A stretch of DNA of 64,000 bases from Candidatus Bathyarchaeum tardum (GCA_024650005.2 CP122380.1:32001-96000); one strand, 5' to 3'. Shown: positions 20,035-30,242, numbered from the stretch's first letter. Numbers and translations: made by a program. Notes: generated by a model not told the origin, from the sequence alone.

Positions 20035-20593
20035 TCTTGGTTTCCTCCTCTTCTCCCATCATAGGTTCACCAGGTATACTTGCTGCCCGTGTTATGGGGT
20101 GATCAGGACTTGTTAAAGGACTCTTTGGAGAATATTCGATTTTGTCTTCTTCTTCTCGGAGTACCAAATAACTTGGTGCAGAAACTTTTTGCCCATTAAT
20201 GGAAACATGTCCATGAGCAATCAGTTGACGGGATTGTTGCATTGTTTGGGCTAATCCTCTTCGGAAAACAAGAGTTTGCAGTCTTCTGTCAAGTATGTTT
20301 TCTAAGGTAAGGTCCAAAACGTCGTCTAGTTCAGATTCTTCGTGAAGGATTCCTAACCTGTTGAGTCTGTGCAGAAGTTGTTTTTCTTGAATACTTCTCT
20401 CATCAGCAGACTTGCCTAGAAGTGAACGCCCAATACCCCTGTATTTTGAAAGCAGAGTTTTGTGGCGCCAAATTTCTCGTTTGTTACGTAAACCATATTC
20501 ACCGAGAAGTTTGAGTTCTGCTTCTAAAGCGTCTATTTGCCAAGGAAATCTTGGAGTGTCAAATTTTTTGCGTTGTCTTTTCGGATCACCCAT
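20027..20593 (-). CDS. rps4: 30S ribosomal protein S4 (uS4)
   Basis: [32 protein letters not shown]. Confidence 0.98.
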   Translation of the reverse strand: MGDPKRQRKKFDTPRFPWQIDALEAELKLLGEYGLRNKREIWRHKTLLSKYRGIGRSLLGKSADERSIQEKQLLHRLNRLGILHEESELDDVLDLTLENILDRRLQTLVFRRGLAQTMQQSRQLIAHGHVSINGQKVSAPSYLVLREEEDKIEYSPKSPLTSPDHPITRAASIPGEPMMGEEEETKNE

Positions 20594-20596
20594 TTA

Positions 20597-21061
20597 CTAT
20601 TTTCCTCCTCGTTGTACTTGTTTTCGTTTTACACCCATGGCCTTTCCTTCCCGACCTGTTGATTTGGTTCGTTGACCTCTAACCTTCAAACCATAGCTGT
20701 GACGGAATCCCTTCCATGACCTTATTGCTTTCATTCCGTCGATGTCGTTCTTTGTTTGAACGATTAGGTCTGTTCCTAAGAGATGAAGGTTTTTTCCCGT
20801 GTCCATATCTTTTCGTCTGTTTAGAAGCCAAGCGGGAATACCATATTTATTTGGATTTGTGATGACGTCTTCGATTTTTGCTACATCAGCACTGGAAAGA
20901 AAACCCATTCTTTGTTCGGGATCGATTCCAGATTTTTCTACAATTACAGTTGCTAATTTGATTCCTATACCCTTTACATTAGTTAGGGCGTAAGTTACCG
21001 GCTGACTGCCTTGAATATCTGCTCCGGCAAACCTTATGATGTGCTGAAATTCTCTAGACAT
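20597..21061 (-). CDS. rps13: 30S ribosomal protein S13 (uS13)
   Basis: KGIG, PAWLLNRRKD..TG, GLKVRGQRTKSTGR. Confidence 0.98.
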   Translation of the reverse strand: MSREFQHIIRFAGADIQGSQPVTYALTNVKGIGIKLATVIVEKSGIDPEQRMGFLSSADVAKIEDVITNPNKYGIPAWLLNRRKDMDTGKNLHLLGTDLIVQTKNDIDGMKAIRSWKGFRHSYGLKVRGQRTKSTGREGKAMGVKRKQVQRGGK

Positions 21062-21157
21062 CTTGAATTTTCACGTCTCTTTTAAGCTAACTACCGAAGT
21101 GAATAGTTGTTTATTTAAGTTTTCCTTATGGACAACAATTTCTCTTCAATAAACAAT

Positions 21158-21174
21158 GCAAACAGGTACCAAAT
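21158..21174. repeat. 17-bp intergenic motif GCAAACAGGTACCAAAT, copy 1
   Basis: Identical 17-mer at 55336-55352. Confidence 0.6.
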
Positions 21175-21232
21175 TTGGTTGTTTTAGTTTAGAAAGGTGT
21201 AGATTCAAAAAGAAAAAAGGCTGATAGAAAGT

Positions 21233-21607
21233 TTAAGTAAAGTTTTCTCGATGAACAAGAAGAATCAAGGATACCACCAATAAGAGTATAATGTAAACTA
21301 TCAGAGCCACATTTAGCATAATAGCACCTCCAAAGGTGTTTAAAGCAACAGAACTAGACAGAGTTGTCACCCCAAAGGTTAATCCTACAGCTAAAAGAGC
21401 AGCAACAAGGGGTACAGCCAATTTTTTCATGCTGAAAACCAAGTATCCAGTAATTAAGCTTAGAATCCCAAGAAGTGGAAGATGCAAAGGCGCACTAGAG
21501 CCCTCTAATGCAAAGGAGCCTAATTGGACAATTCCGGCTGCTATGTAAAAAATGGAAAACATCAAAAATGTTCGATTTTTTGTCGCCATGCTTGTTTCTG
21601 AAGCCAT
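21233..21607 (-). CDS. hypothetical membrane protein (about 4 TM helices)
   Basis: Four hydrophobic stretches; no recognised family. Confidence 0.7.
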   Translation of the reverse strand: MASETSMATKNRTFLMFSIFYIAAGIVQLGSFALEGSSAPLHLPLLGILSLITGYLVFSMKKLAVPLVAALLAVGLTFGVTTLSSSVALNTFGGAIMLNVALIVYIILLLVVSLILLVHRENFT

Positions 21608-21811
21608 ATTGTATTCCCTGCTACCGCTATAATACGATTAGTAATAAAATAGTTTCTCAAGATTGATTTCCGAAAGAACAGTTTTATGCATAAAAAACAA
21701 GTTCAAAGAAAAAAGAAGAATACAGATTGTTGATATGGAAGATAGATTTGGTATAATAATTTTGTTTTCATAAGGGTTATCATTCGTTAGCCTAATCTGT
21801 GTGCGATAAAG

Positions 21812-22036
21812 ATGGACACTAAAAAACTGCTTTCAAAGGAAATATCTGCAAGAATAAAGGGGCAAATTAATGAACAAATAGTTTCTGAGAAAGTTGATCA
21901 GTTCTTCAAGCATGGAAACACCTTTCTTCTCTTAGAATTAATGAGCCTAAGAAGGGAAGTGAAAAGTCTACGAGAAGAGCTCCAATACTATCAAGAAAAC
22001 AAGCAAAACTCCCTTCGCGCTTTGATTGTTCCCTAA
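21812..22036 (+). CDS. hypothetical protein (74 aa, coiled-coil C-terminus)
   Basis: ATG ORF with heptad-like LRREVKSLREELQ. Confidence 0.55.
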   Translation: MDTKKLLSKEISARIKGQINEQIVSEKVDQFFKHGNTFLLLELMSLRREVKSLREELQYYQENKQNSLRALIVP

Positions 22037-22166
22037 ACTGTGAAAATTTGTTCGCTCTGCAAATAATTCATGGAGAACCATAAACATTGCAGGTGTGGTA
22101 TTGTCGGCTGTTTTCGCAATCTTTAAAAGTATACTGAATAATGGCATATGCAGTTGAGGATTTAAA

Positions 22167-22424
22167 ATGGTCGAATTTCCCGAAGACGTTTTAAAAAAAG
22201 CGTTTATGAGAGCAAACATGCGATGTCAATGTGAACGAGATACCCATGATCATGGAACTTTTACGTGTTTCAAACAAATCATTTGGGAACACCGGGGAAA
22301 CGCAAATGAAAGAAGTGGCTGGGAAGCCGTCTTTTTTGTCAGCCCAGAAAAGGGTGGAAAACCCACAGTAGAAAACTGTGAAATCCTGTGCTGGGACTGC
22401 TACACAAAAGTGAAGAGCCAATAA
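22167..22424 (+). CDS. HNH-fold Zn-binding protein, probably nuclease-inactive
   Basis: RCQC...WEA...GG...NCEILCWDC matches small stand-alone HNH proteins, but the His positions are replaced; GAGG SD. Confidence 0.7.
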   Translation: MVEFPEDVLKKAFMRANMRCQCERDTHDHGTFTCFKQIIWEHRGNANERSGWEAVFFVSPEKGGKPTVENCEILCWDCYTKVKSQ

Positions 22425-22497
22425 TCCTAAATCTTCCTTTTTCCTTATTTTAAAACTAATGTACATACTGCGCTTATTTTTGGGGGAATGACCAAGT

Positions 22498-23391
22498 ATG
22501 AGTTATCGTGACCTCTTTGTATCTCCATCGCCAGTTTTTACTGGAAGTCAAGAAATCTATGAAGCAGCAAAATATGCAATTTTGGGAGTGCCTTTTGACG
22601 TAACAAGCACTTATCGTTCTGGCGCTAAATTTGCGCCTTTGGCCATCAGGGATATTTCCCAAAACATCGAGTGTTACAGTTTTCGGTCAGGCATAGACAT
22701 AGAAGACCTGCAAACCCATGATTTAGGAGACCTTCACGTTGCAGCAGATGTAGAGTTAACTCTTGGTCGCCTAGCCTTAGTAGCCCAAGACCTTTTTGAC
22801 GAGGAAAAAATTCCCGTGTTTATCGGTGGAGAACACACCATAACTTTGGGGGTCGCGCGCTGTTTTGATGAAAACGTTACTGTGGTAAGCTTTGATGCTC
22901 ACTTGGATTTACGGGATAATTATCTTGGTCTTAATGTTTCTCATACAACGTTTATGCGAAGAATCAATGAGTCTGTTAAACCCACAAAGATTTTAGAAAT
23001 TGGAACTCGCGCAGTATGCAAAGAAGAGCTTGATTACGCAAGGGAAGCAAACATTGACTATATGACAGCTCTTCAGATAAGAAAGGATGGGGTTAAAAAA
23101 GCAGTTGAAGAGATAAAGAAGGCTCTAAAGGGTAGTAAAAAAGTATACATTACTGTTGATATGGATGTTTTAGACCCAGCCTTTGTACCTGCAGTGCCAA
23201 ACCCTGAACCGGAGGGGCTTGACACGTCAACACTTTTGGACTTGCTTGAAACAGTATGCGAATATAACGTAATTGGATTTGACGTGGTTGAAGTAGCACC
23301 ACAATATGATCAGGGCGTAACAGCCACTCAAGCAGCAAAAGTAATCTTTGAAATGTTAGGATTTCTGGAATGCAAACAAAAACGAAGCTAA
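22498..23391 (+). CDS. speB: agmatinase (ureohydrolase family)
   Basis: GVPFD.TSTYRSG, GGEHTIT, FDAHLD, DMDVLDPAF, GFDVVEVAP. Confidence 0.93.
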   Translation: MSYRDLFVSPSPVFTGSQEIYEAAKYAILGVPFDVTSTYRSGAKFAPLAIRDISQNIECYSFRSGIDIEDLQTHDLGDLHVAADVELTLGRLALVAQDLFDEEKIPVFIGGEHTITLGVARCFDENVTVVSFDAHLDLRDNYLGLNVSHTTFMRRINESVKPTKILEIGTRAVCKEELDYAREANIDYMTALQIRKDGVKKAVEEIKKALKGSKKVYITVDMDVLDPAFVPAVPNPEPEGLDTSTLLDLLETVCEYNVIGFDVVEVAPQYDQGVTATQAAKVIFEMLGFLECKQKRS

Positions 23392-23401
23392 TTTGCTTTG
23401 T

Positions 23402-24742
23402 TTATTTGATTTCTTTTTGTAGTTTTGCTACAAAAAAGCCGTTACATTTGTGAATATGTGGATACAAACGTTGGCATTTAGTTAATCCTCGAAGTCCAGG
23501 CAAACCAATTTGGGGTTTTGGGTTTACTAACTTGAATTCAGGGTTTGTTTTCAGGAAGCTTTCGATTACACACTCGTTTTCTTCAACTGTTATGCTACAT
23601 GTAGAATATGTTAAAAACCCACCCTCCTTCACGTATTGTGCACCTTCTTCTATCATTTCTGATTGCATTTTTGACATTCCCAATATGGACCGCTTACTGA
23701 GACGCCATTTTGCAGCAGGTGTTTTCCCAAAAGTTCCTGTGCTTGTACATGGGGGATCTAAAATTACCACATCAGCAGAAAATTTCAAAGGTAAACTGTT
23801 TCGTACATCAGCCACTATGGGCAGCACGATGCTTGTGCCGAGACGCTTGGTTTGTCGTTTCCAGACACCTATTCGCCGTTTTGAGTAATCAACAGAAAGA
23901 ATTGTCCCATTATTTTCCATTAGTTGTGCCAAATATGTTGTTTTAGATCCGGGAGCGGCACACAAATCAAGAATTGTGTTTCCTGGTTTGGGATCTGCGA
24001 TTTCTGAAGCTAAGCAACTGGCTTTGTCTTGGACATAATAGAACCCATCATGGAAGCTTTGTGTCTTTGTAAGAGGTTTTTTTGTTTCAATAAGTTTGTA
24101 GGCGTGCCTAAGATGTGGAACCTTTTCCAGAATTATAGATTCCTCATTCAAGGTTTTTAATATTTTTTGCTCAGGTGCATTCAGGGTGTTAATTCGAACG
24201 TAAACGGGTGGAATTTGTGTGGATTTTCCTAAAAATTGGAGGGCTTCGTATCGTCCCAAAAGTTTGTAACAGTAGTCAACAAACCATGTTGGATGATATA
24301 TTTGTAATCCAATTTTTTCTGTTTCTTCAAGACAGTTTAGGACTTTTTTTGGGTTGAGGCTTAATATTTTACCAAGAACTTCTTCTACGTCATTAAGTCG
24401 TGACCAGCCCAGAATTCTGCGACCCATTTGGGCGATTTTTGAAGCATTATCAAGGTTTGAATCAACAAATTTTGTTTCATGAACATATAGTTCAAGAAAA
24501 GCGCGGATATTCAGTTTTATTTCATCAATTGAACGAGGGACTAGGACAATGTCAAGTATATGGTCTATGTAATTTTTTTTTCGGAGGGTTTCAGTAATAA
24601 GCCGATGGGCTAAGCCAATTGCGCGGGGGTCTTTTATTTTCAGTTTTTTTGTTGCGTTTGTTAAGGCTAAACGCTCACCGAGTCGTTTTAATTCTATACA
24701 GCTTAAAGTTTCAATGGCGAGAGCCCAAGCATCCCTTAGCAT
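23402..24742 (-). CDS. RsmB/NOL1/NOP2 family RNA m5C methyltransferase with NusB-like N-terminus
   Basis: RINTL, VQDKAS, DLCAAPGSKT, DPPCTSTG, YSTCS...EENE, GFFVA. Confidence 0.93.
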   Translation of the reverse strand: MLRDAWALAIETLSCIELKRLGERLALTNATKKLKIKDPRAIGLAHRLITETLRKKNYIDHILDIVLVPRSIDEIKLNIRAFLELYVHETKFVDSNLDNASKIAQMGRRILGWSRLNDVEEVLGKILSLNPKKVLNCLEETEKIGLQIYHPTWFVDYCYKLLGRYEALQFLGKSTQIPPVYVRINTLNAPEQKILKTLNEESIILEKVPHLRHAYKLIETKKPLTKTQSFHDGFYYVQDKASCLASEIADPKPGNTILDLCAAPGSKTTYLAQLMENNGTILSVDYSKRRIGVWKRQTKRLGTSIVLPIVADVRNSLPLKFSADVVILDPPCTSTGTFGKTPAAKWRLSKRSILGMSKMQSEMIEEGAQYVKEGGFLTYSTCSITVEENECVIESFLKTNPEFKLVNPKPQIGLPGLRGLTKCQRLYPHIHKCNGFFVAKLQKEIK

Positions 24743-24843
24743 TTATGGTCATATTGTGTCTTAGCTGGGCACATATTAAAGGCTTGATAAGGTTAAATAA
24801 TTACATGTTTGGATGAAAAACTAAGCAAATGTTGTGAGCCATA

Positions 24844-25119
24844 ATGAAGCTACAAGAAGTTCCTGAAGGAGTTGTATTAGATGTGTTTGTTAAACCAAAC
24901 GCTGAAAGGTTTCAACTAAAAATTGAAGAGGACGAACTTGTAGCTTTGTCCAGTGAGGCTCCAGTGAAAGGTAAAGTTAACAAGGAATTGCTTAAGCAGT
25001 TGACAAAGATTTTTGGTCATAAAGTTGAGTTGGTTTCAGGGTTTACTTCACGTCAGAAACGGTTTCTTGTTACGGGAATAGACGCAAAAGAAGTTGAACA
25101 AATCTTAGAGTCTGTTTGA
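24844..25119 (+). CDS. DUF167 (UPF0235/YggU) family protein
   Basis: VFVKPNA, APVKGKVNKEL, LVSG.TSRQK. Confidence 0.9.
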   Translation: MKLQEVPEGVVLDVFVKPNAERFQLKIEEDELVALSSEAPVKGKVNKELLKQLTKIFGHKVELVSGFTSRQKRFLVTGIDAKEVEQILESV

Positions 25120-25129
25120 GGAAAAACAA

Positions 25130-25876
25130 ATGGTTGAGCTTTCAAAAGAAGAACTTCAGTATTATTCGCGACAAATCATGATGGAAGAAATCGGTGCCAA
25201 AGGTCAATTAAAACTGAAAAATTCTAAAGTTTGCGTGGTTGGTTTAGGGGGTTTAGGTTCTCCTGTGGCGATGCAGTTAGCAGGGATGGGGGTTGGGCAT
25301 TTGCGCATTGTTGATGGCGACTTTGTAGATGTGACAAATTTACATCGGCAACACCTTTATGGTGTTGACAAAAAGGGGATGTCAAAAGTCGATGCGGCTA
25401 CAGAACGATTACGGAAGTTGAATCCCTACATAGTTATTGAGCCTGTGAAGACTTTGGTAAACAAAACTAACGCAAAAGAAATAATTCAGAGCATGAACGT
25501 TGTGGTTGACGGCTTAGACAATATGGAGGCACGCTATGCGGTTAATCGAGAATGTGTTAAACTTGGTGTTCCCTATGTATTTGGTGCTGTAGCAACCACT
25601 ACAGGGAACGTTTCAACGATAGTTCCTGAAAAAACTGTTTGTCTTGAATGTTTTTATGGAAACAAATCAAAAAGTGAATCGGAAATTGTTGGGGTTCATC
25701 CGTCAGCGGTGAACATTATTGCAAGTTTGGAAGTCAGCGAGACCATAAAGTTGCTAACAGGTCAAGAGCCCTGTTTGGTTAACAAGCTTCTAAACTTTGA
25801 TTTAAACGGGTTAGAGATAAATCTAGTTCCTCTTTCAAAAGTTGATTCTTGTCCTGTTTGTGGACCAAACTCATAA
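25130..25876 (+). CDS. HesA/MoeB/ThiF family E1-like adenylyltransferase
   Basis: YSRQI, VVGLGGLGS, DGDFVDVTNLHRQ, DGLDN, CLEC and CPVC Zn sites. Confidence 0.92.
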   Translation: MVELSKEELQYYSRQIMMEEIGAKGQLKLKNSKVCVVGLGGLGSPVAMQLAGMGVGHLRIVDGDFVDVTNLHRQHLYGVDKKGMSKVDAATERLRKLNPYIVIEPVKTLVNKTNAKEIIQSMNVVVDGLDNMEARYAVNRECVKLGVPYVFGAVATTTGNVSTIVPEKTVCLECFYGNKSKSESEIVGVHPSAVNIIASLEVSETIKLLTGQEPCLVNKLLNFDLNGLEINLVPLSKVDSCPVCGPNS

Positions 25877-25910
25877 ATATAGAAAGTGTGAAAGTGGGTT
25901 TAAGGAAACA

Positions 25911-26017
25911 TTTTTGCTGTCCTTTGGTTTTCAAGAAAAAAGCCGTTTTCACCAATGAACTACTATTAAGATTGTAATAGTGGTTTAGGGTCATTTAAGT
26001 TTTAAAATAATATAGAA
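25911..26017 (+). repeat. dispersed intergenic repeat, copy B
   Basis: Core 25923-25968 TTTGGTTTTCAAGAAAAAAGCCGTTTTCACCAATGAACTACTATTA; tail TTAGGGTCATTTAAGTTTTAAAATAATATAGAA resembles the copy C tail; internal hairpin 25958-25985. Confidence 0.8.
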
Positions 26018-26319
26018 GGGGTTTGTTGAGCTTACCCAAGTAATCGAGAGTGAAAAAATTGAAAAAACAATGCCACTATCATTTGTTTCATCATTTTAAT
26101 TCTTTACATTTTTTTGATAGCTACAATATTGTTCACAGTTTAGATTAAATTTTTCCAAGAAATTGATTAGAAAATTAGATAAAATCAAATTTAACAACCA
26201 AAATCCCTTATATTATTACCAAAGTTGTTTTGTAACAAATAAAAACCACTTTTTACTACCAGAGTCCTATAGGTAATCTTTAAAGAGGTTAAATCAATAA
26301 AAGGTTTAGAGAAAATTAG

Positions 26320-27210
26320 ATGGTTATCCAGTTTATTCGTCGGAATGCCTTCTGGATTTCTGCAAGCTTATTATCTTTATTAGTTTGGGTTCTTCGTTGG
26401 ATTCCTGAAAGTTTTGTAAGTTTCTACAACATAGTTTTCATTTCTTGGGAGTATTATCCACATGTTTTAGTTAGAGGTTCAATGTACGCTATCGCTCCAA
26501 TTGGAATGATTTCCCGTTTGTTTGCAGTGATCCTAGCACTATCAACAGTATATCTTATTTGGAAGGAAAAGACCGATTCTTTTTATATATCAAAAATTTT
26601 AGCTGCTTCAATATGTTTAGAAGGCATTTATTATGCTTCTTTGATACCCTCGATACTATACTTATTTGCCTCGACATGGACTCAAAATTCTCTGTTCTAT
26701 GGAATGTTAGGTTTTGGCTATTTCTTACATGTAACACTAACTTTTCCCTTTTTGACATTTTTAGCATTAAAGCTTTATCAAAATAAAGCTGAATTGAAAG
26801 ATTTCCAATCCTTTAAGCTAATAGCGATTACATTTCTAGGTTACATTATAGCGTTATGGGCAAATGCAAGTTTTCGATGGATAGGATTGGCTTTAACAGT
26901 AGACCTGTCCTTTCTTTGGATGGAATCTACTAGTTTACTGGCTTGGAATACAATTATATTTATGACATTAGCTGTTGTTTTTGCTTCTTATGGAGCTGTT
27001 TATCTTTCAAAAAAGAAGAAAAGAGCAATAAAATGGGTTGCTCTAGCTTTAACAGCGGTTGGTTTGCATTATCTTATTTATTTGATTTATCACATAATTA
27101 GCGGTAATTATATTTCCATTTGGTTAATTGATGTTTGGGCTATGGCATTATTAGGTTTAGGATTATCAATAATAAAATACAAACCATTGTCCACTAGCCA
27201 ACGAAAATAA
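26320..27210 (+). CDS. hypothetical polytopic membrane protein (about 8 TM), AT-rich
   Basis: Repeated hydrophobic segments; ATA/TTA-rich codons. Confidence 0.75.
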   Translation: MVIQFIRRNAFWISASLLSLLVWVLRWIPESFVSFYNIVFISWEYYPHVLVRGSMYAIAPIGMISRLFAVILALSTVYLIWKEKTDSFYISKILAASICLEGIYYASLIPSILYLFASTWTQNSLFYGMLGFGYFLHVTLTFPFLTFLALKLYQNKAELKDFQSFKLIAITFLGYIIALWANASFRWIGLALTVDLSFLWMESTSLLAWNTIIFMTLAVVFASYGAVYLSKKKKRAIKWVALALTAVGLHYLIYLIYHIISGNYISIWLIDVWAMALLGLGLSIIKYKPLSTSQRK

Positions 27211-27604
27211 AGGAAGCGCAAAAAAATACATCGTAAATTTCATTTAATTCAAACAAAACCCCATAATTCAACTAAAATCGTCAAACTAATAATAAGAAAA
27301 AATTGAAGTTATACCCTACTGGAATACATCCTAACGTATTATTATAGCCAAGGATTTGCACAATAGCGAAATCATTCAAAACATATGCACCATTAATAAC
27401 CAAAGTGACATCATTTTACTAATATCGTAATTTTTCTTAGAACCAGTATACTAATATACGGAATTTTTTGTTCCAAGTTACTTTCTTCACTAGATAAAAT
27501 GAAGTTTTTGTTTGTTTGGGTGGTTGTTTTTTCTTTTTTTGACCGAAAGAAATAAAGAAGAACTGGTTACTATTTGGTCAGAGTATATACAGAATGGTGA
27601 TTAC

Positions 27605-28705
27605 ATGGGCAAAATCAGGGTTGGCGTAATTGGAGTAGGAAACTGTTTTGCAGGTTTAGCTCAAGGAATCGAAATTTACAAGCGAAACAAAATTGAGAAA
27701 CTCGGTTTAATGCACGAAAAAATCGGAGGGTACGGCTTAGAAGACCTAGAATTTGTTTGTGCCTTTGACGTTGGAGAAAACAAAGTAGGCAAACCCTTAA
27801 ACGAGGCAATATTTTCTGACCCAAACTATGTAGATTGGGTGGAAAGCGTTTCTAATTGTACCTCAAGAAAGGTTAAAGAAAGTCCAATTCTTGACGGTGT
27901 GGGAATCTACGTTGCAGCAATGATTAAACCAATTAACCAGACTAAGACCATTGAAGAACTGGAAAAAGAAGTAATCGAAGAAATCGAATTGACAAAACCA
28001 CAAATCCTGATCAATTACTTACCTGTTGGTAGCCAAAAAGCTGTAGAGTTTTGGGCAAACATTGCCCTCAAAACTGGATGTGCCTTCATTAACTGTATGC
28101 CAGTTTTTATTGCGTCAAACAAAGAATGGCTCAAAAAATTTGAAGACGCAAAATTACCCATCGTTGGAGATGACGTCAAAGGCGTAATTGGTGCAACTAT
28201 TACTCACCGAACCCTAGCCAAACTTTGTGTCGACCGCGGAGCAACCATCGATCGAACTTATCAAATTAATGTTGGGGGAAACACTGACTTTGCTAACATG
28301 CTTGAACGCGAACGCCTAGAAAGCAAAAAAATCAGTAAAACAGAATCGGTGCAAAGCCAAATCCCAGAAAAACAACGCCTAAACGCTAAAGACATTTACA
28401 TCGGACCTAGCGATTTTATCCCCTTCTTGGGTAACACCAAACTTGCTTTCATCAGAATTGAAGGACGAATGTTCGCAAACATACCATACAACATGGAAAT
28501 CCGCCTTGACGTAGACGACAAAGCCAACTCAGGCGGAGTTGCAATCGATGCCATCCGATGCGCACAACTAGCCCTAGACAAAGGCGTCAGTGGTAATCTC
28601 AAGTTCGTTTCAGCGTATTTGATGAAACATCCAATGGAACAAATGGGTGACGAAGACGCCAGAGAACATTTGGACGCGTGGATTGCAGAACTAGAAAACA
28701 AGTAA
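27605..28705 (+). CDS. ino1: myo-inositol-1-phosphate synthase
   Basis: GVGNC, AFDV, NYLPVGS, GDDVKG.IGATITHR, NVGGNTDF, KKISKT, DKANSGG; ATG 27605 after GGTGA. Confidence 0.95.
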   Translation: MGKIRVGVIGVGNCFAGLAQGIEIYKRNKIEKLGLMHEKIGGYGLEDLEFVCAFDVGENKVGKPLNEAIFSDPNYVDWVESVSNCTSRKVKESPILDGVGIYVAAMIKPINQTKTIEELEKEVIEEIELTKPQILINYLPVGSQKAVEFWANIALKTGCAFINCMPVFIASNKEWLKKFEDAKLPIVGDDVKGVIGATITHRTLAKLCVDRGATIDRTYQINVGGNTDFANMLERERLESKKISKTESVQSQIPEKQRLNAKDIYIGPSDFIPFLGNTKLAFIRIEGRMFANIPYNMEIRLDVDDKANSGGVAIDAIRCAQLALDKGVSGNLKFVSAYLMKHPMEQMGDEDAREHLDAWIAELENK

Positions 28706-28718
28706 CGGGAATAACATC

Positions 28719-29339
28719 TTGACCCACAACAACCGTCCCCTTCTTCTTTCATGCGGCATTTTACGAGAGGAAATTGAAAAACTCATCAACGAAAACAAAC
28801 TTGACGTTGATGCTGTTTTTTTGGATGCAGGTCTGCACGCAGTTTATTCTGAATTAGAAAAAGCGGTAACAAATGCCCTTGAAGAACACTCAAAACATGC
28901 AAAAAGGGATATAGTTGTAATTTACGGTGACATGTGCCATCCTCGGCTCAAGAAAATCGTCAAGAACTATGACAACACCGTTAAAGTTGATAGTTTAAAC
29001 TGTATTGATTGTTTATTTGGTGGACACAAAAAACTTTTAGATGATGACCCTAAATGTAGCCATTTTTATTTGTCTCCAGGGTGGATGCCATCTAAACTGA
29101 AGAAAAATAAGTACTTTAAAGAAATTTTTGATTGGAACCTAAAAGATATAAAAGAACAATTTAAACATCTTGATGGCTTGATTATTGTTGATTCTTTAGG
29201 TAACTTGGACAAACTAGAAAGTGACATCAAAGAGTTCAGTTACAACAGTGGTCTTGAAGTAAAAAAACAAAAATCAGTGGGATTAGACCGGTTAAAATCT
29301 GTAATCGAGGAAGCTATCAAAAAACTTCAAAACAAATAA
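28719..29339 (+). CDS. DUF1638 domain protein
   Basis: SCGIL..EI, DAGLH, YGDMCHP, NCID.LFG, FYLSPGW. Confidence 0.85.
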   Translation: MTHNNRPLLLSCGILREEIEKLINENKLDVDAVFLDAGLHAVYSELEKAVTNALEEHSKHAKRDIVVIYGDMCHPRLKKIVKNYDNTVKVDSLNCIDCLFGGHKKLLDDDPKCSHFYLSPGWMPSKLKKNKYFKEIFDWNLKDIKEQFKHLDGLIIVDSLGNLDKLESDIKEFSYNSGLEVKKQKSVGLDRLKSVIEEAIKKLQNK

Positions 29340-29348
29340 TGCTAACAA

Positions 29349-30242
29349 TTAGATAGCCAAAGCGTGTTTGCGATATTTGAACAATCCCGGAAAAATGTAA
29401 TATGTTGATCCTTTGATTGCATAACCCAAAGATTTTGCGATGTCAAAACCTTCGCTTACTCTGCTATGTGTTCTTGTGAACACTCCTGCATACTTTTCGT
29501 AAGAGATTCTTCCAAACTTTGTCATTAGTCGGGAAATTTTTTGGTCTTCTGATATTCCAAGTTCAGGGTCGTAGGGTCCAGATTTGCCATTTGACATTTT
29601 TTCGGCAACGTCCCGCAGTACCGTCATACTGGGTCCTGGAACAGTTGGTCCCATTACAGGAATTCCGAAAATCTTTATCGTGGGCAACATAAGGGAAACT
29701 TGTGTCACCAAGTTAGCTCCCATTATTCCAAATCGTCGTCCAAGTTTTAGACTGTCACGTGGTCGCAGGGAGGGGGCTGAAGCTATGATATCTTTTCGTT
29801 TAAAGGCGTAGTACATTACTTCAAAATAGTTTTCATATTTGTCTAAATCAGAAAAAACGTAATCGTTATCCATTTCTGTGCCAGTTGAAAAAAGAGAATC
29901 AATGTCGTTAAAAACGATCATCTTACCCTTTGAATGTTTGAAACCTAAATTTCGTCCTATTGCAGGAGTATCCCATTTTGGATACTTTATGATTCCTTCT
30001 TTCCAAAGGTTAATTCTGTAATCCTCATATTCTACTGGAGAAATAACCCGCAAATCACTGATTTGTGGAAAAGCTGAGTTTTCTCCCGCGTCTGCAACTA
30101 AAAATTCGATGGCGTGGCTTTTTCCGGTTTTTTCTTCAAAAACCTTTTTTGCAATCTCCCAGTTGTTGAATGTCTCTTCGAGGGCTTGTGTATCTCTTTC
30201 ACCTCTCCCAGTTGCAATTACTGAGAAAATTGGCTTTGACAT
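29349..30242 (-). CDS. glycosyltransferase family 2 (GT-A fold)
   Basis: FSVI, VADAG, GRNLG...SKG..IVFNDID (DxD), SED; GGAGGT SD before ATG 30242. Confidence 0.8.
   Translation of the reverse strand: MSKPIFSVIATGRGERDTQALEETFNNWEIAKKVFEEKTGKSHAIEFLVADAGENSAFPQISDLRVISPVEYEDYRINLWKEGIIKYPKWDTPAIGRNLGFKHSKGKMIVFNDIDSLFSTGTEMDNDYVFSDLDKYENYFEVMYYAFKRKDIIASAPSLRPRDSLKLGRRFGIMGANLVTQVSLMLPTIKIFGIPVMGPTVPGPSMTVLRDVAEKMSNGKSGPYDPELGISEDQKISRLMTKFGRISYEKYAGVFTRTHSRVSEGFDIAKSLGYAIKGSTYYIFPGLFKYRKHALAI

Noticed and set aside
21968-22219. 83-aa minus-strand ORF
   Set aside because: Overlaps two better-supported plus-strand genes; no SD or motif.
26050-26143. Signal-peptide-like remnant (MKK... hydrophobic run)
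   Set aside because: Needs frameshifts and is very short; cannot be told from AT-rich noise.
27512-27604. N-terminal extensions in the ORF track (ino1; likewise aglB, rpoD, mvk, DUF3795, dph2)
   Set aside because: Downstream starts match family N-termini and/or SD motifs; the extensions run through T-rich intergenic DNA.
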